Of a stretch of 64,000 nt of DNA, positions 51,531 to 64,000 are shown piece after piece; the first letter of the stretch is position 1; each line of letters starts with the position of its first letter. The stretch lies in NCBI GenBank assembly GCA_964016885.1, contig OZ024744.1:95666001-95730000 (forward strand). Direction: 5' to 3'. This DNA is from Eledone cirrhosa (Eukaryota). The notes beneath the pieces are model-generated. The model did not search any database, was not told where the DNA came from, and worked only from the letters and a program-made list of their open reading frames with translations. A program made the position numbers and the translations under genes.

Positions 51531-51829
51531 TTAACTACTCCTTAATTTGTTGAGTTGATTCAGACGTTTTTTTTAGTGCTATTTCTAACCTCATTATAAA
51601 CCTGTCGCATAGTCCTAATATATTAAGAGAGATTTGTTCATTTAGCAGTTCAACAATGCAATGTGTTTGGACAGCATGTGGTTTCGACAAGGAAATGGTA
51701 TGTCTAATTTCATGATCTTATTCAAAAAGCATACTCCCCTGAAGAGAATCATAGATTCTTCCAATGTTGGTTATTCCAATAATTGGTAATTACTTCTATT
51801 GTTTCTTCTGTTTTCGAAGCTATCACTGA

Positions 51830-54540
51830 CTCTGTGATTTGAGGTCAGCTCTCACAACCTCTGATTAGGTCTTTCTTGGTTTATCTCTACTGGCATTTCC
51901 TGGCACTTCTTCACCCAACAATTATTGTCCATGCTTATCACATTTCCAAACCAATGCAGTCTTCTCTTCTGCACTCCACTTCAAAATTCTCTTAAACCCG
52001 GCTTCTCCTTCAAGTCCAAGCTCTGCCTCTCTAACATGTACATTGCACATCCAACGTAACATGGTTGCTTCACTTCTCTCCAGTCTATGCACGTCCTCTG
52101 AAGTCACAGCCCATATTTCACTACCATGCAGCATTGCACTTCACACACAGGCATCATACAGTTGTCCTTTTATAGTCAAGAGTGGGAGTAGCTCTCTAAA
52201 CTTTTCCCATCCCATCCTATCCTAGCTATTATGTTCAGAGCACCCTTCACCACTGCTAATTACATTGCCTAGATAACGGAAGCTATCAACCACTTCTATG
52301 GGTCCTTCCTGTGACTGGAAAAGGCTTACATCACTAGTCATCTTCCCCATTGTGCATCCTCTACAAAGTCTTCCCTTCCTGTTAACTTACTCGTTATCCC
52401 ACTACAGCTCTTGCGTACCCAAGATTTACATTGCGTACATCAAATGGAGTTTATACTATTCCCTTTCTACTTATTGAGCAGGGTAATGTCCCTGAAATAA
52501 TCAGGGTCCTATCTTCTCTCCTACTCTTAAGCCTTTTGATTCTAAATTTTGTTTCCATAGTCGGAACTTATTTTCTAGGTCTTTAACGGATTCAGCTATA
52601 AGGACCAGATCATCAGCATAGAGAAGTTCTCATGGGCAGCCGGTCGTAAACTCTTCAGTTATAACCGGGAGGAATATAATGAATAGTAGTGGGCTAAGAC
52701 CCGAAGCCTGATGAACTCCTACTTTTACCATGAATGGCTCACTAAACTCATTTCCTACACTCACTTAGCTGATAGCTCCTCTGTACATGGCTTGAACTGC
52801 TCACCACAATCATTCTTCTACACCCAATTTCCTTAAGGCCACCAGATAAGTAGATCAGGGTACTCTGTCAAACGCTTTTTCTAGGTCAACAAAAGCTAGG
52901 TATAGTGACTTATTTTTGGCTAGGAACTTCTGTAGTTGTCTCACTAAAAAAATGCATGAAACCAAACTGTATCTCTAATTAGTTGCGCTATAACTCTTTC
53001 CATCACTTTCATAACTTGGTCCATGCATTTTATTCCTCTATAGCTGCTCCTTTCTAGAGCATCACCTTTGCTCTAGTAGCAATTTACAATTGTACTGCTC
53101 TGCCAGTCATTAAATACGACACCGTCCTGTATTACCAGATTGACTATGTAGGTTATTAGTTAGAATCTCAGCAGTTATGTCTAATGGTCCTGCAGCTTTA
53201 CCATTTTCCATCTCTTTAATTGCTTTTTTAACCCTATAACTGTCAACTTCAATGGCTAGTCCTATTAGGGGGTTGGAAGTAATTTCTCTTCCTCCCATTC
53301 ATTCTCAACATTCATCAATCTCTCATAGTAACATTTCCAGGCTTCTTTCGTTTGACCATCAGTGGTGCTAAATACACTGGTGACATTTCTAACATACTTT
53401 TCCCGAACAACATCATGATTCACACTGACACACTGTCTTGCAATGCAGAACACTTCGCATCTCTGATCCTTACATCTCAGGAGATTGGCAAACTTTCTTT
53501 CTCCAGCCTCTCTCTGAGCTGTGTATACTTGTCACTTAGCTTCTTTTTTAGCCACTTTGTATTGGTCTCTGTTACCCCCATTTTTCTAGTCTTTCCAAGC
53601 CTTTTCTTGGCTTTCATGGCTCCATCTACTGGACTGTTTTACCACTGGGTCACCCTCTGACTGGCTGGTGCTCTACTTAAGCCACAAGTCATGTCAGTAG
53701 TTTGTAAAAAGTTGTCAAATAGGTATTTTTTGTTGTCCTCTATGTCATAGGTATCTAGCTCATCACTTCTCTCATCATATGAAACCCATAGGGCCATTCT
53801 AAACCTATATTTAATTGAGAGGTCCCTCAGCTTCCACACCCTCTGGCTCTATATTTCCTCGCAGGTCTTGTTCTGTCTCATGTTTATTTTGATGTCACTA
53901 ATAACTAACTTGTGCTGAGCAGTGCATTCTTCCCCAGGGAAGGCCTTAGATTACAGTTTGTTTGTCTTGTTGTCTAACAAGCAAATAGTCAATTTGGCTT
54001 GTGTATTCACTTGATTGATATGAGATTAGGTGGCTGGCTGGTTGCCTGAAATTTGTGTTGCAAATGGTTAGTTCATTTGTCTCACAGAATTCCAGGAGTC
54101 TCAGCCTCTCTTCATTCCTTGAGCCATAACCATAGCCACCGTGAACTCCACAGAGTCTGTCCTGGTATTGTCCCACATGTCGTTTGGAGTCACCTGCCAG
54201 GATGATGAGGTCTCTTTCATCAGTACCTGAAGTCATCTATAAAAGTCCTTCATAGAACCTGTCTTTTTGTTCTTTACTCAGTCCTGCCTGTAGAGCATAA
54301 GTAGATGTACTTATCCCCATTTTATTTCCTACTGCTAATCTAATCTTGATAATTCTGTCACTTACCCTAATTACTTCTATCACTTTATCTATCCTTTTCT
54401 CAGCTAGTAAGGTGACTACACTTCCTACTCTATTATCATTTCCTATCCAGTAAAGCTTGTATCTATGCTGTTTGCCTGTTAGTAGTCTTGTTGAGGCACC
54501 CCTCCATCTCACCTCATGTACACAGCTGATGTTTTACATA
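51830..54540 (-). mobile_element. Old, heavily mutated RTE LINE (APE+RT)
   Basis: RWRGASTRL...KLYWIGND, RLLEFCETN, KAAGPLDI, YADD, MLHGSEIWA. Confidence 0.88.
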
Positions 54541-54908
54541 TCTGAAAGGGAAAAAGATTGTGCGATTGCTTGATGACGGTCGAGGGGTTCTTGCACATGG
54601 CTATTCTAGCCACCACAATGCTGTGCACATTTAATTGGAGTTACTGTTCTCTTAGACAGGTTGCCTTCACTACGACTTGTGGAGCCCATGTCTACTCTGT
54701 GCAATCGTTTTTAATCTGCTTTGTGGATCATGACCTTAATTTTCTCAGGAAAAGGGAGAGGGAGTAAGTGATGTAGGGGTGGGAAGTGTGGTGGTATGAG
54801 GAACAACAGGTGAGAAACTGGTGGGAAGGAAAGGAGAATGTGTGCGTGTGTGCAAGGTCTTATGTTATAATGAAAACAGCTATTAGATTAAGATATAAAT
54901 ATTCTTAC

Positions 54909-55058
54909 CTTGATTGGACGTCTAAGTTCAGGTTCCTTTATTCTAAGGTATACTTGGCCAGCAAATACCATAACAAGTATTGTAGCAAAACCAAAGCCTT
55001 CCATTTCAATTAGAAAGAAAATATCACCAGATTGTAGAAATATCACTGAGAAAATTAG
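54909..55058 (-). CDS. SLC7 transporter exon (TM9-TM10)
   Basis: TTTGTTTTGTAG/GTAAGA boundaries. The 150 nt read LIFSVIFLQSGDIFFLIEMEGFGFATILVMVFAGQVYLRIKEPELRRPIK, with the family LR...P...RPIK motif. Not in the ORF track. Confidence 0.92.
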
Positions 55059-56384
55059 CTACAAAACAAAATAGAAACAATTCATGAATTAATAGATTAA
55101 TAATATACATATATGTATAAATTAACTTGATTAAAATAATAGGAGGCCGGACTGGGGATATCCAGCCAAGGGATTCAATATCAAAGATGGATGAGTGCTT
55201 TTCTTACTATTACATCATGGTTAACTGAACGGAATGACTAGTTCTACACATTGGTGAACAACATATATATAAAAACCATCCCGCCCACACTGTAAAATGG
55301 TTGTGTAGAGGTCACGACAAAAAGCACACAGATTTGTTAAGTTATGTTCCAAACACAAGCTTAATAATAAGAAAGTTAGTTATATTACTAAATATCTTAA
55401 AATTCTTGATTATTTTCAAAACGATTGCAAAATCGCAGGCAGTGACTTCCATTGTCTCGGTGAGAGATTGGACACTGTGGTGGACAAGACATTTCTAATA
55501 TTGGCATCACGATAAAATAGATCAAGTATTCTCTGTAAAATGACTGACAAAGGATAAGAAATCTTCATCACCACCACCACTATATAACCTTTAGCACACT
55601 AGTAATTTTTATGAGTTGTTTCCCTTGACACTGCATTATCTATTAAGAGGAGTTTACTCTATGGTGCATTTTGTCACCTACAGAGCTCTAAAGGTTAATG
55701 TCTATTTTCCATGCTTGCATGGGTTAGTATGGTAACTAACAAAAGAGTTAATGCAAGGTTTACAGTGCTGAGAATGTTGACCACTGGTCATTAATAGAAA
55801 ACCTTACTACATGTATTGTTTTTTGGTTTTATTGAAATTATATTACTCAATGTCTTTCAGTCTGCCTGATAAACATAGGTTCCACTTCAACAGTTAATAA
55901 TTGTTTCTACTTTAGGCACAAGGCCAGCAATTACCCAGTGCATTACTGGTACTTTATTTTATCGACCCCGTAAGGATGAAAGGCAAAGTCAATCTCGGCG
56001 GGATTTGAACTCAGATCGTAAAGGGACGTAACTATGCTGGAAAGCATGGCGTCCGACCCTCTACCGATACTGCCAATCCACCGCCCTTCAACAGTTAATA
56101 ATGATTTATGGAATATATCATGTAAGTACAGTTTAACCCTTTAGCATTTAAACTAGTCATATCTGGCCAGAATTCTCTCACCTCTTTCTGTTCAAACTGG
56201 CTGTAACTAGCCACTTATATTGATGCTAAGGGAGTAAGTGATGTAGGGGTGGGAAGTGTGGTGGTATGAGGAACAACAGGTGAGAAACAAAATTAATAAC
56301 ATCAAAATCTTATAGATTCAATATTATGTGAGATAAAGTGTTTACCATGAAAATACAATAGTGTAAATACTAAAGGGTTAATAT

Positions 56385-56600
56385 AAAGAAAAAAAGATGG
56401 AAAAGGAAGGGAATGGCAAGGACTCTAGTGTCACAGAAGAATGGGGAGGGTGGAGGTTTGGGCCTAGGGCATGGCAGTACGGGGCTGCGTCCTGTGGACA
56501 AGACAGCAAAAGCATTCCCATGGACAATGGCCAGCGACACCTGCTGCAACAGCCACCCCACCTCGCGGGGCTCCTTCCTCAGACGGGCCGCCGATGTTCA
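56385..56600 (-). mobile_element. CRE-like LINE 3' fragment
   Basis: GWLLQQVSLAIVHGNAFAVL, homologous to 27000-27065. Confidence 0.65.
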
Positions 56601-57379
56601 ATTTAGATATAAGGCCAACAATTTCAAGGAGAGGAGAAAGTAGACTTTATTGTCCTCCAGTATTTAACTGATACTTTATTTTATCAATTCTGGAAAGATG
56701 AAAGGCAAAGCTGACCTCATGTGTGGGTTTGTTTCATTGAACCAGAACTGGTTTTGGTTGCGTTTATATCAAAAGGGGTTAAGAAAATCTCAGCAGATCC
56801 TTTGATCTATAAAGTCAATAAGCACCCAATTTATAAAGAAATCTAAACTATAATAAAGAAAGGAGTGCGGGACTGCACCCAGAATATATTTTTTTTATCC
56901 CGTTTGTAAAATAAGTTGGATTACTTTGAATAAATAATGAATGAATATTACATAATTTATCTACTAAATTTTGTGGCTGTTCATTAAATATATTTTATTA
57001 CTTATTTAAAGATTCACTTCTTTAAAATTTTCAAATGTCAACACTTCCGGTTAGCGATTGCTTAAATAAACATTTATATATTTCTGTCACTAATTTTCTC
57101 CTAATGCAGTTTATATATAATATCGTCTTTTTTTAATGTATCATGGATTACGTTACTGATTACATAAGACAGTGTAACAGAGTCTTCGTTCAATGTCTGT
57201 GTATATTGTCAATTACGATTTTATTTTTATTTGATGTATCATATCTATATGCATATATACTTGTGTATAATATCAATATACACACTACACGTGCTAGCAG
57301 AAAACCACCCGAAGGGTGGTTTAATCCTTGAAGAAAGGATGAATGCAAAATTGAAGTGGAGGAAATATATATAACTTAC

Positions 57380-57476
57380 AATTATAAGAAGTGACGGAGC
57401 TGGTGTTAATTTATTCCTTGTTATCATTGAAATAATTTTTGGCATATGGTTATTTTGAGCGCCTACAAAGAATAAC
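57380..57476 (-). CDS. SLC7 transporter exon (loop 8-9, start of TM9)
   Basis: Poly-T CAG acceptor, GTAAGT donor. The 97 nt read (R)LFFVGAQNNHMPKIISMITRNKLTPAPSLLII. Confidence 0.93.
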
Positions 57477-59494
57477 CTGAAAAAAAAAAAAAAAAAAAAA
57501 AAAATGTTCATAAAGTGAATAATATCAATCATTATCATCATCATCATTTAACATTTATTTCTCCATGCCTACATGGGTGAGATGGGGTGTCACATTATGA
57601 GGACAAGTCCAGAGACCACCTCTTACTCATATACATCTGTATTTTTGGCTTGGTTTCTACAGTTGGTTGGATGTCCTTCCTATCGCTAGTTATGGCCTGC
57701 TTAAACAGGAGGTAAGAAAATTCTGGCCGGATATGGCCGGTTCAAATGTTAAAGGGTTAAACTAATGAAAAAAAAACCCAAAACAATGATCAATGAAGAC
57801 TCCAATGAATCATACAAAGCTATTTTATAACCATACTGAAATCTTGCTAATTTTTCAATTATACCTTCTCTTTATTTTGATGGTTTTAACCCTTTAGTAT
57901 TTAAACCGGCCAGAATTTTCACTTCTTTCTGTTCAAACCAGCTGTAACTGGTCACTTATACTGATGTTAAGGTTTTGTTCCCAAAATATCAAAATCTCAT
58001 AGATTCAATATTATGCCAGATAATTATGTGAAGTAAAGCCTTTACCATGAAAATACAAAATATAGAATAATGTAAATGTTACAGGGTTAATGATGAGGAA
58101 AGAGCTGCTGTCTCCATTACCTTCAATACCCCTCCCTACCCGAGACTTTTGAGATCATTATAATTGATGTTTATCTTGAACATCTTCAAGTAAATATCTA
58201 GAGCTAAAAAAAAAAAAAAAGAAAAAAAAAAAAAGATGGAAATGGAATTCCAGATGAAGAAGGATGGGTACCCAAGCAAAGAAAAAGAAAATGGATGATG
58301 GGAGGAGGCAGGCAAGATGAGAGTGTCATCAGATTGAGGTGGTATACAATCAGCTTGTGTACTGACAGAAAATAGAAATCTGATACAATTTGCAACAGGG
58401 GCTGAGAGAAAATAGCTATTTTCTCTCACCTTAATAGTAGGGCTAATCAGTAGGGGCTAACATATGCAAATATAGGGAGCTGCAAAAACAAACCAAAAAC
58501 TTCTATTGGCTGAGATTATCCATGTAATTAATTAACAATAGAAAACTCGGATGAGGAGATCCAATAAAGTGGGAACATGCATGTATTACTGCTTCAACCC
58601 TTTAGTATTTAAACTGGCTGTATCTGACCAGAATTCTCTCACCTCTTTCTGTCCAAATCGGCTGTAACCAGGCCCTCATACTAATGTTAACGTGTTATTC
58701 TCAAAATAAATATCAAAATCTCATAGATTTGATATTATGTGAGATAAAGCTTTTACTGCGAAAATATAACAGTAAATATAGAGTAATAGAAATGTTAAAG
58801 GGTTAATGACAACATTATCTCTGATCTGCAGTATTCATCATCACTACTACCACCACGACCACGACGACCATCATCAGCTCATTCCATTTTCCATGCTAGC
58901 AAGCTAATCTAAATTTCTCAACTCACTATATTACACTGGTGAGATTCTACCATGACACAGCTTACACCTGTTACATATTCACACATCATACTCTACACCA
59001 GAGACTGTTTCCATTTATTATTCGTCATACATACGTTGTTAAAACACGCAATCTGTTACCTAACATTTCTGAAGGATTGTTTATAATTGATATAAACTTC
59101 TGTTGTTAATCTCTCAACATACTGTTATGGTTTATTAATTCAAATGTTTAACCTTTTAGCATTTACATTACTCTGTATATACTATCGTATTTTTACAAAA
59201 AAGGCTTTATCTCACATAATATTGAATCTATGAGATTTTGATATTATTTATTTGGCAGTATCGGTAGAATGTCGGACGCTATGTTTTGACGCATAGTTAC
59301 GGCCCTTGCCATTCTGAGTTCAAATCCCGCCGAGGTTAACTTTGCCTTTCATCCTTAGTGGGTCGATAAAATAAAGTACCAGTAATGCACTGGGTAATTG
59401 CTGGCCTTGTGCCAAAAGTAGGAACAATTATTTATTTTGAGAACAATACCTTAACATCAGTATGAGTAGCTAATTACGGCAGAAAGAGGTAAAA

Positions 59495-59810
59495 TATCTT
59501 TACTAGTAGACAGACTGTTGTGAAAATTTACAGTGTTATCTCTTAACATCCTGTAATGATTTAGCAGAAAATCTATCGAAAAATAGGTTTGTTGATCCAA
59601 ATATTTATAGTATCTTTACTAGTGGACAGATTGTTGTGAAAATTTGCAGTATTATTTCTTAACACCCTTTAATGATTTAGCAGTCGCTGTCACTGCTAGA
59701 ACAAAAGGATGTTGATGGTCATCTAAAAACAGGTTTGTTAATTCAAATGTTTATAGTATTTACAAGTGGACAGACTGTTGTGAAAATTTGCAGCATCTTG
59801 CAATAATCTG
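59495..59810. repeat. Degenerate ~120-bp tandem, about 3 copies
   Basis: tactagtggacagactgttgtgaaaatttgcag recurs at about 59500, 59618 and 59761. Confidence 0.8.
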
Positions 59811-60710
59811 TCCCCAGCAACAGATTATTTCTGTTCTGTTACTTGAGCTTTTGATTTCTTTAATTCAGTAAAAATGGACAATACATCCTCAGGCCACTGG
59901 AGCAACGTGAAAATAAAGTATCTTGCTCAAGGACAAAACACAACACCCAGTTTGGGAGAGCTTTTGATATCGTTAATATTGTAAAAAGAGATGATATGTC
60001 AACAGACCATCATCATCATCGTTTTATGCCCATTCTTCCATGCTAGCATGGGTTAGACGGGTTGTCCTGTTGTGGGTGATGTTAGGTTCGGGTGACCTTG
60101 TCTTGCTTATACGGGAACTGATTTTGGTTTGATTTCTACAGCTGGATGCCCTTCCTAACACCAACCTCATTTACAGTGAGTACTGGGTGCTTTTTTTTTC
60201 GTTGTGCCTACACAACCACTTTACAATATGGACTAGGTGCTTTCTTGTTGTGGCATCTCTACGACCACTTTGCAGTGGGAGGGGATGGGGGCATATTGTC
60301 TATATGCTTCAGCTTCGGCTTATTCCTGTGGGAAGTCGGGTCTTCTGTATTACTGCGTGACACCAGAGGTCACGGTCCTGGAGTAATATGAAAATAAAGT
60401 GTCTTGCTCAAGGACAAAACACAACACCCAGTTTGGGAGAGCTTTTGATATCGTTAATATTGTAGAAAGGGATGATATGTCAACAGACCACACGTTTGTG
60501 AACCAAACAAGCTAACCACAAAGCCACATGCCTCCCACATTATTACATATGAAATAAACATTAGATTTCAGTAGTTAAATATCTGTCTTTTGGTAGTTAT
60601 TTCAATAAGCCTCTCATAATTAAATAATTGTTGATTATTATCATAATTAAAACAGAAAGGCAATCAATATATTTTTGTTAGTTTCAGAAAAACTAAAAAC
60701 AGAAATTTAC

Positions 60711-60814
60711 CTTGACATCGATAAAGAAGTGCCATTTATCATTCCTATGACAGATATTGCTATTAAAATTGGCATTATCCAAGCAACTGGTTGAAGTGTG
60801 CGTTCAGCAAACGT
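60711..60814 (-). CDS. SLC7 transporter exon (TM8)
   Basis: TTTTAG/GTAAAT boundaries. The 104 nt read TFAERTLQPVAWIMPILIAISVIGMINGTSLSMS(R), with phase compatible with both neighbours. Confidence 0.92.
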
Positions 60815-61804
60815 CTAAAAGGGAAGAAATATTTAATATTCACAGATTATATACAGATATTTAAATATTTGAACATATAAATCTTAGTTGTATTTAATTA
60901 GCCTTTGTGTGGTTCAACAACAACTTCTTCGCCCACTTATTCCTGAGAGGGGGAAGAGTCCTCAACACTTCTTCCAGCGGGTCCTGTCAGAAGCAACCGT
61001 CTCTAACTGATTCGGCTGGATCCCCAAGCAAGACTAGCGAAGCTCATGGATGCTATCCAACTATTTTGCTCGGGGTCTACCCCTGGGTCTCCTGCCAGTT
61101 GGTTTTGCCCCTTAAAAACTGACCAGCGATTCTTTCCTGAGACATTCTAACCTCATGTCCATAAGTATTGGAACTGTGATCTCTCTCTCAATTCAGAGAA
61201 ATAACAGCTCTACCTGGAGTGATTCTCTGATCCCTGAGCTACACACTTTATTGAGTAACGTTACTCCAAAGACCCTTTAGAGGAACCCCATTTTGGCTGC
61301 TTGTATTCACAATCATATTCTTTCGGTCATTACTCAAGATTCATGACAAAGTAGCGATGGTATGTACAAAAGCAATTTGCCTAGCATTCCAGATAAACTT
61401 GAAAGAGGAATGAAATAGGGGTACTCTATACACTCTGGTAAGCGGAGACGCATAACCTAGTGGTAAGGGGCATTGGATTTACGATCATAATATTGTGTGT
61501 TCGATTCCTTGTGTTCTTTGAGCAAAACACTTCATTTCATGTTGCTCCACTATACTCAGCTGAATGGGGAGAGGGGGAGTTAATCCTATGTTGGGCTGGC
61601 ATCCTGTCCGGGGGAAGTCTTGTACTCTTAGTCGCTTCACACGATGGAAACCAGGGTCAGCACCGGCCAGATGAGTCTCCAGACTTATACACCATAGCAA
61701 GCAAATGAAATTATATGATAATTTATGTGCTGTGGTACTCGGAGGAAAACAACGTCTCTAGTGCTGGTGTCATGATAAAAACATACTCAGATGTAGAAAC
61801 AATG

Positions 61805-62131
61805 TGACGACGATGATGCTGGTGGTGGTGGTGGTGGTGGTGGTGGTGGTGGTGGTGGTGGTGGTGGTGGTGATGATGGTAGTGATGGTGATGATGTTGA
61901 TGCTGCTACTGTCAACAGTGGTGATAGTGATGATAGTGACAATAACGGTGCCGATAGTAATGGTGATGGTGGTGGTGGTGGTGGTAGTGATGATGATGAT
62001 GATGATGATTGTGATGATGGAGGGGATGGTGATGATGATGATGATGATGATGATAGGGTTGCTACTGTCAATAGTGGTGATGATTATGCAGGTGATGATG
62101 ATGATGTTAGGGTTGCTACTGTCAGTAGTGG

Positions 62132-62166
<35 letters not shown>

Positions 62167-62205
62167 AAGGTTGCTACATTCAATAGTGGTGATAGTGATG
62201 ATGGA

Positions 62206-62265
<60 letters not shown>
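61805..62265. repeat. (GGT)n/(GAT)n trinucleotide low-complexity tract
   Basis: Direct reading. Confidence 0.96.
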
Positions 62266-62322
62266 AAAAAGTAAAAAAAAAAAATAATAAATAAATAAAA
62301 AAAAAGGTTCATAACTACTTAC

Positions 62323-62446
62323 AACGGCCACTGCTGAAGATTTGAGCATTTCGTACGGTGACAACACACCAAGGTATGCGACATTTGCAATAAGATAGAC
62401 AACAATGACGATGGTCATTGAAATGAAAATTGCCAGTGGTAGATTT
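62323..62446 (-). CDS. SLC7 L-type amino acid transporter light chain, internal exon (TM7 region); upstream exons lie beyond the window
   Basis: Acceptor TTTTCTTCCAG, donor GTAAGT. The 124 nt read (R)[41 protein letters not shown], matching LAT1-type NLPLAI...AY...S.AVAV. Confidence 0.93.
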
Positions 62447-62483
62447 CTGGAAGAAAAGAATACAAGTCATAGCTTAATATATG

Positions 62484-62820
62484 AGAATGGGCTGAAAAGT
62501 TCATAGGTTGAATATGAAGGAGTGACGCTAGAGCTGTGAAATCTTACAGGCATTAATTTCAACTTTTCTTACAATAATAACTACATTGTTTCTTTCCAGG
62601 CCAGGGACTATGTTGAAAAAGTAAACCTTATTTGGTCATTCCATGAGAGCCTATGAAGGAGTGATGCTAGAGCCGTGAAATCTTACATGCATTAATTTCA
62701 ACTCTTCTTATTAATAACTGCATTGTTTCTTTCCAGGGATTATGTTGAAAAAATAAACCACATTCGGTCATTCCATGAGAGTATCTTGGTCAGCCTATAA
62801 ACATTTCAGCCAGCTCTCAT
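62484..62820. mobile_element. mariner-type MITE with an internal tandem duplication; related copy at about 27497-27672
   Basis: Termini GGCTGAAAAGTTCATAGGTTGA / TCAGCCTATAAACATTTCAGCC, with a duplicated ~140-bp body. Confidence 0.65.
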
Positions 62821-63877
62821 ACAATTTATTAAAACTTATTTTATTGTTATTATAAAAATAATAAAATAAGATGTGAATCGGCAGTATTGGTAGAGGGTTG
62901 GATATCATGCTTTGCAGCATAGAGTTACGGCCCTTTACACTCATAGTTCAAATCCCACCAAGGTTAACTTTGCCTTTCATCCTTACAGGGTTGATAAAAT
63001 AAAGTACCAGTAACGCACTGGGGTCAATTTAACCGACTTTACCCCTTTCCCCAAAATTGTTTGTTTTGTGCCTAAATCCGAAACCTTTCGCATTCGTCTG
63101 TCCATATTAGCATAGTTGGACAGGCTTTTTCTAGCATCCAACCCATGCTAGCATGGAAAAATGAATGTAAACATGATGATGACATTGCTCATATATTAGT
63201 ATTTAGACCACCACATGTTGCATTCATTATCATCATCATCATCGTTTTAACACCTATTTATTATTTTTTTTTTTCGTGCTTATATGTGTTGGACAGGTCT
63301 TTTCCTACAGTTTCTCTCTACTTGCCACATTCCTTTGTTATTTCCTCTGTAAGGTTCAGCGCTTTGAGATCTATTTTCACCACTTCTGTCCTAATCTTCC
63401 TTCGTCTTCCTCTATTGCAATTTCCTTTCACTGACAACTCCTGATAATTCTCCACCCAACAACCAGCACCTAGTACCCATACCCAACACAGTCATCTCTC
63501 TTGCACACTATACCTGATTTCATATACTCATTATTTTTTCTCAAATCATCCATGCTTTGCACATTAACACCACACATTCATCAAAGCACGCTCTCTTCAT
63601 TTTTCTTTAGCCTTCCCATATCCTCTGCATTTATTACCCATGTTTCACTGGCATATTTCTAATAAAACACATTGCATTATTAATAAAATATTGTCAGCCC
63701 TTGTGGCCAATAAATGAAATCATTATTAATAAAATATCCCAGCTCTTTACTTTCTGAGTTCTAATCCTGCCAAGGTCAACTTTATCATCTCTCTCGAAGT
63801 TAATGTAATCAACTTCCCCTTGCCTAAATTAGAAACAATTACCACTAATAAAACACACTGCACTACATTAACGCTTT

Positions 63878-64000
63878 CAAAAAGCACCCAGTCAACACTG
63901 TAAAATGGTTGTGTAGGTGTCACGACAGAAAGCGGCCAGGCCACACTATAAAGTGGCATGTACGTGCCATGACAAAAAGTGCCCAGGCCACACTATAAAG
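63878..64000. repeat. Diverged 48-bp units running off the window end
   Basis: aaaagcacccagtcaacactgtaaaatgg...cacgac.. occurs about 2.5 times. Confidence 0.75.

Overview
AT-rich, repeat-dense eukaryotic DNA. The SINE/LINE repertoire and the TA/CA/GAT microsatellites look like an octopus or other coleoid cephalopod (inference). One host gene is present: the 3' part of a minus-strand SLC7 L-type amino-acid-transporter light chain. Six GT-AG exons were read by hand (62323-62446, 60711-60814, 57380-57476, 54909-55058, 16380-16557, 11013-11080), and one intron is about 38 kb. Nearly everything else is transposon-derived: several RTE LINE subfamilies, a CRE-like LINE, Penelope-like remnants, decayed piggyBac and hAT elements, a full-length DD37D (maT) mariner with two stops, piggyBac-type MITEs, tRNA-derived SINEs, and two satellites grown from TEs (48-bp and 72-bp units). 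The most notable signal missed by the ORF track is a set of hammerhead-ribozyme (HHR) folds. It includes a tandem type I pair 442 nt apart (retrozyme/circRNA-like), several Penelope-type minimal hammerheads, and a three-copy family with a non-canonical CAGAAGA core. All folds and alignments were done by eye.
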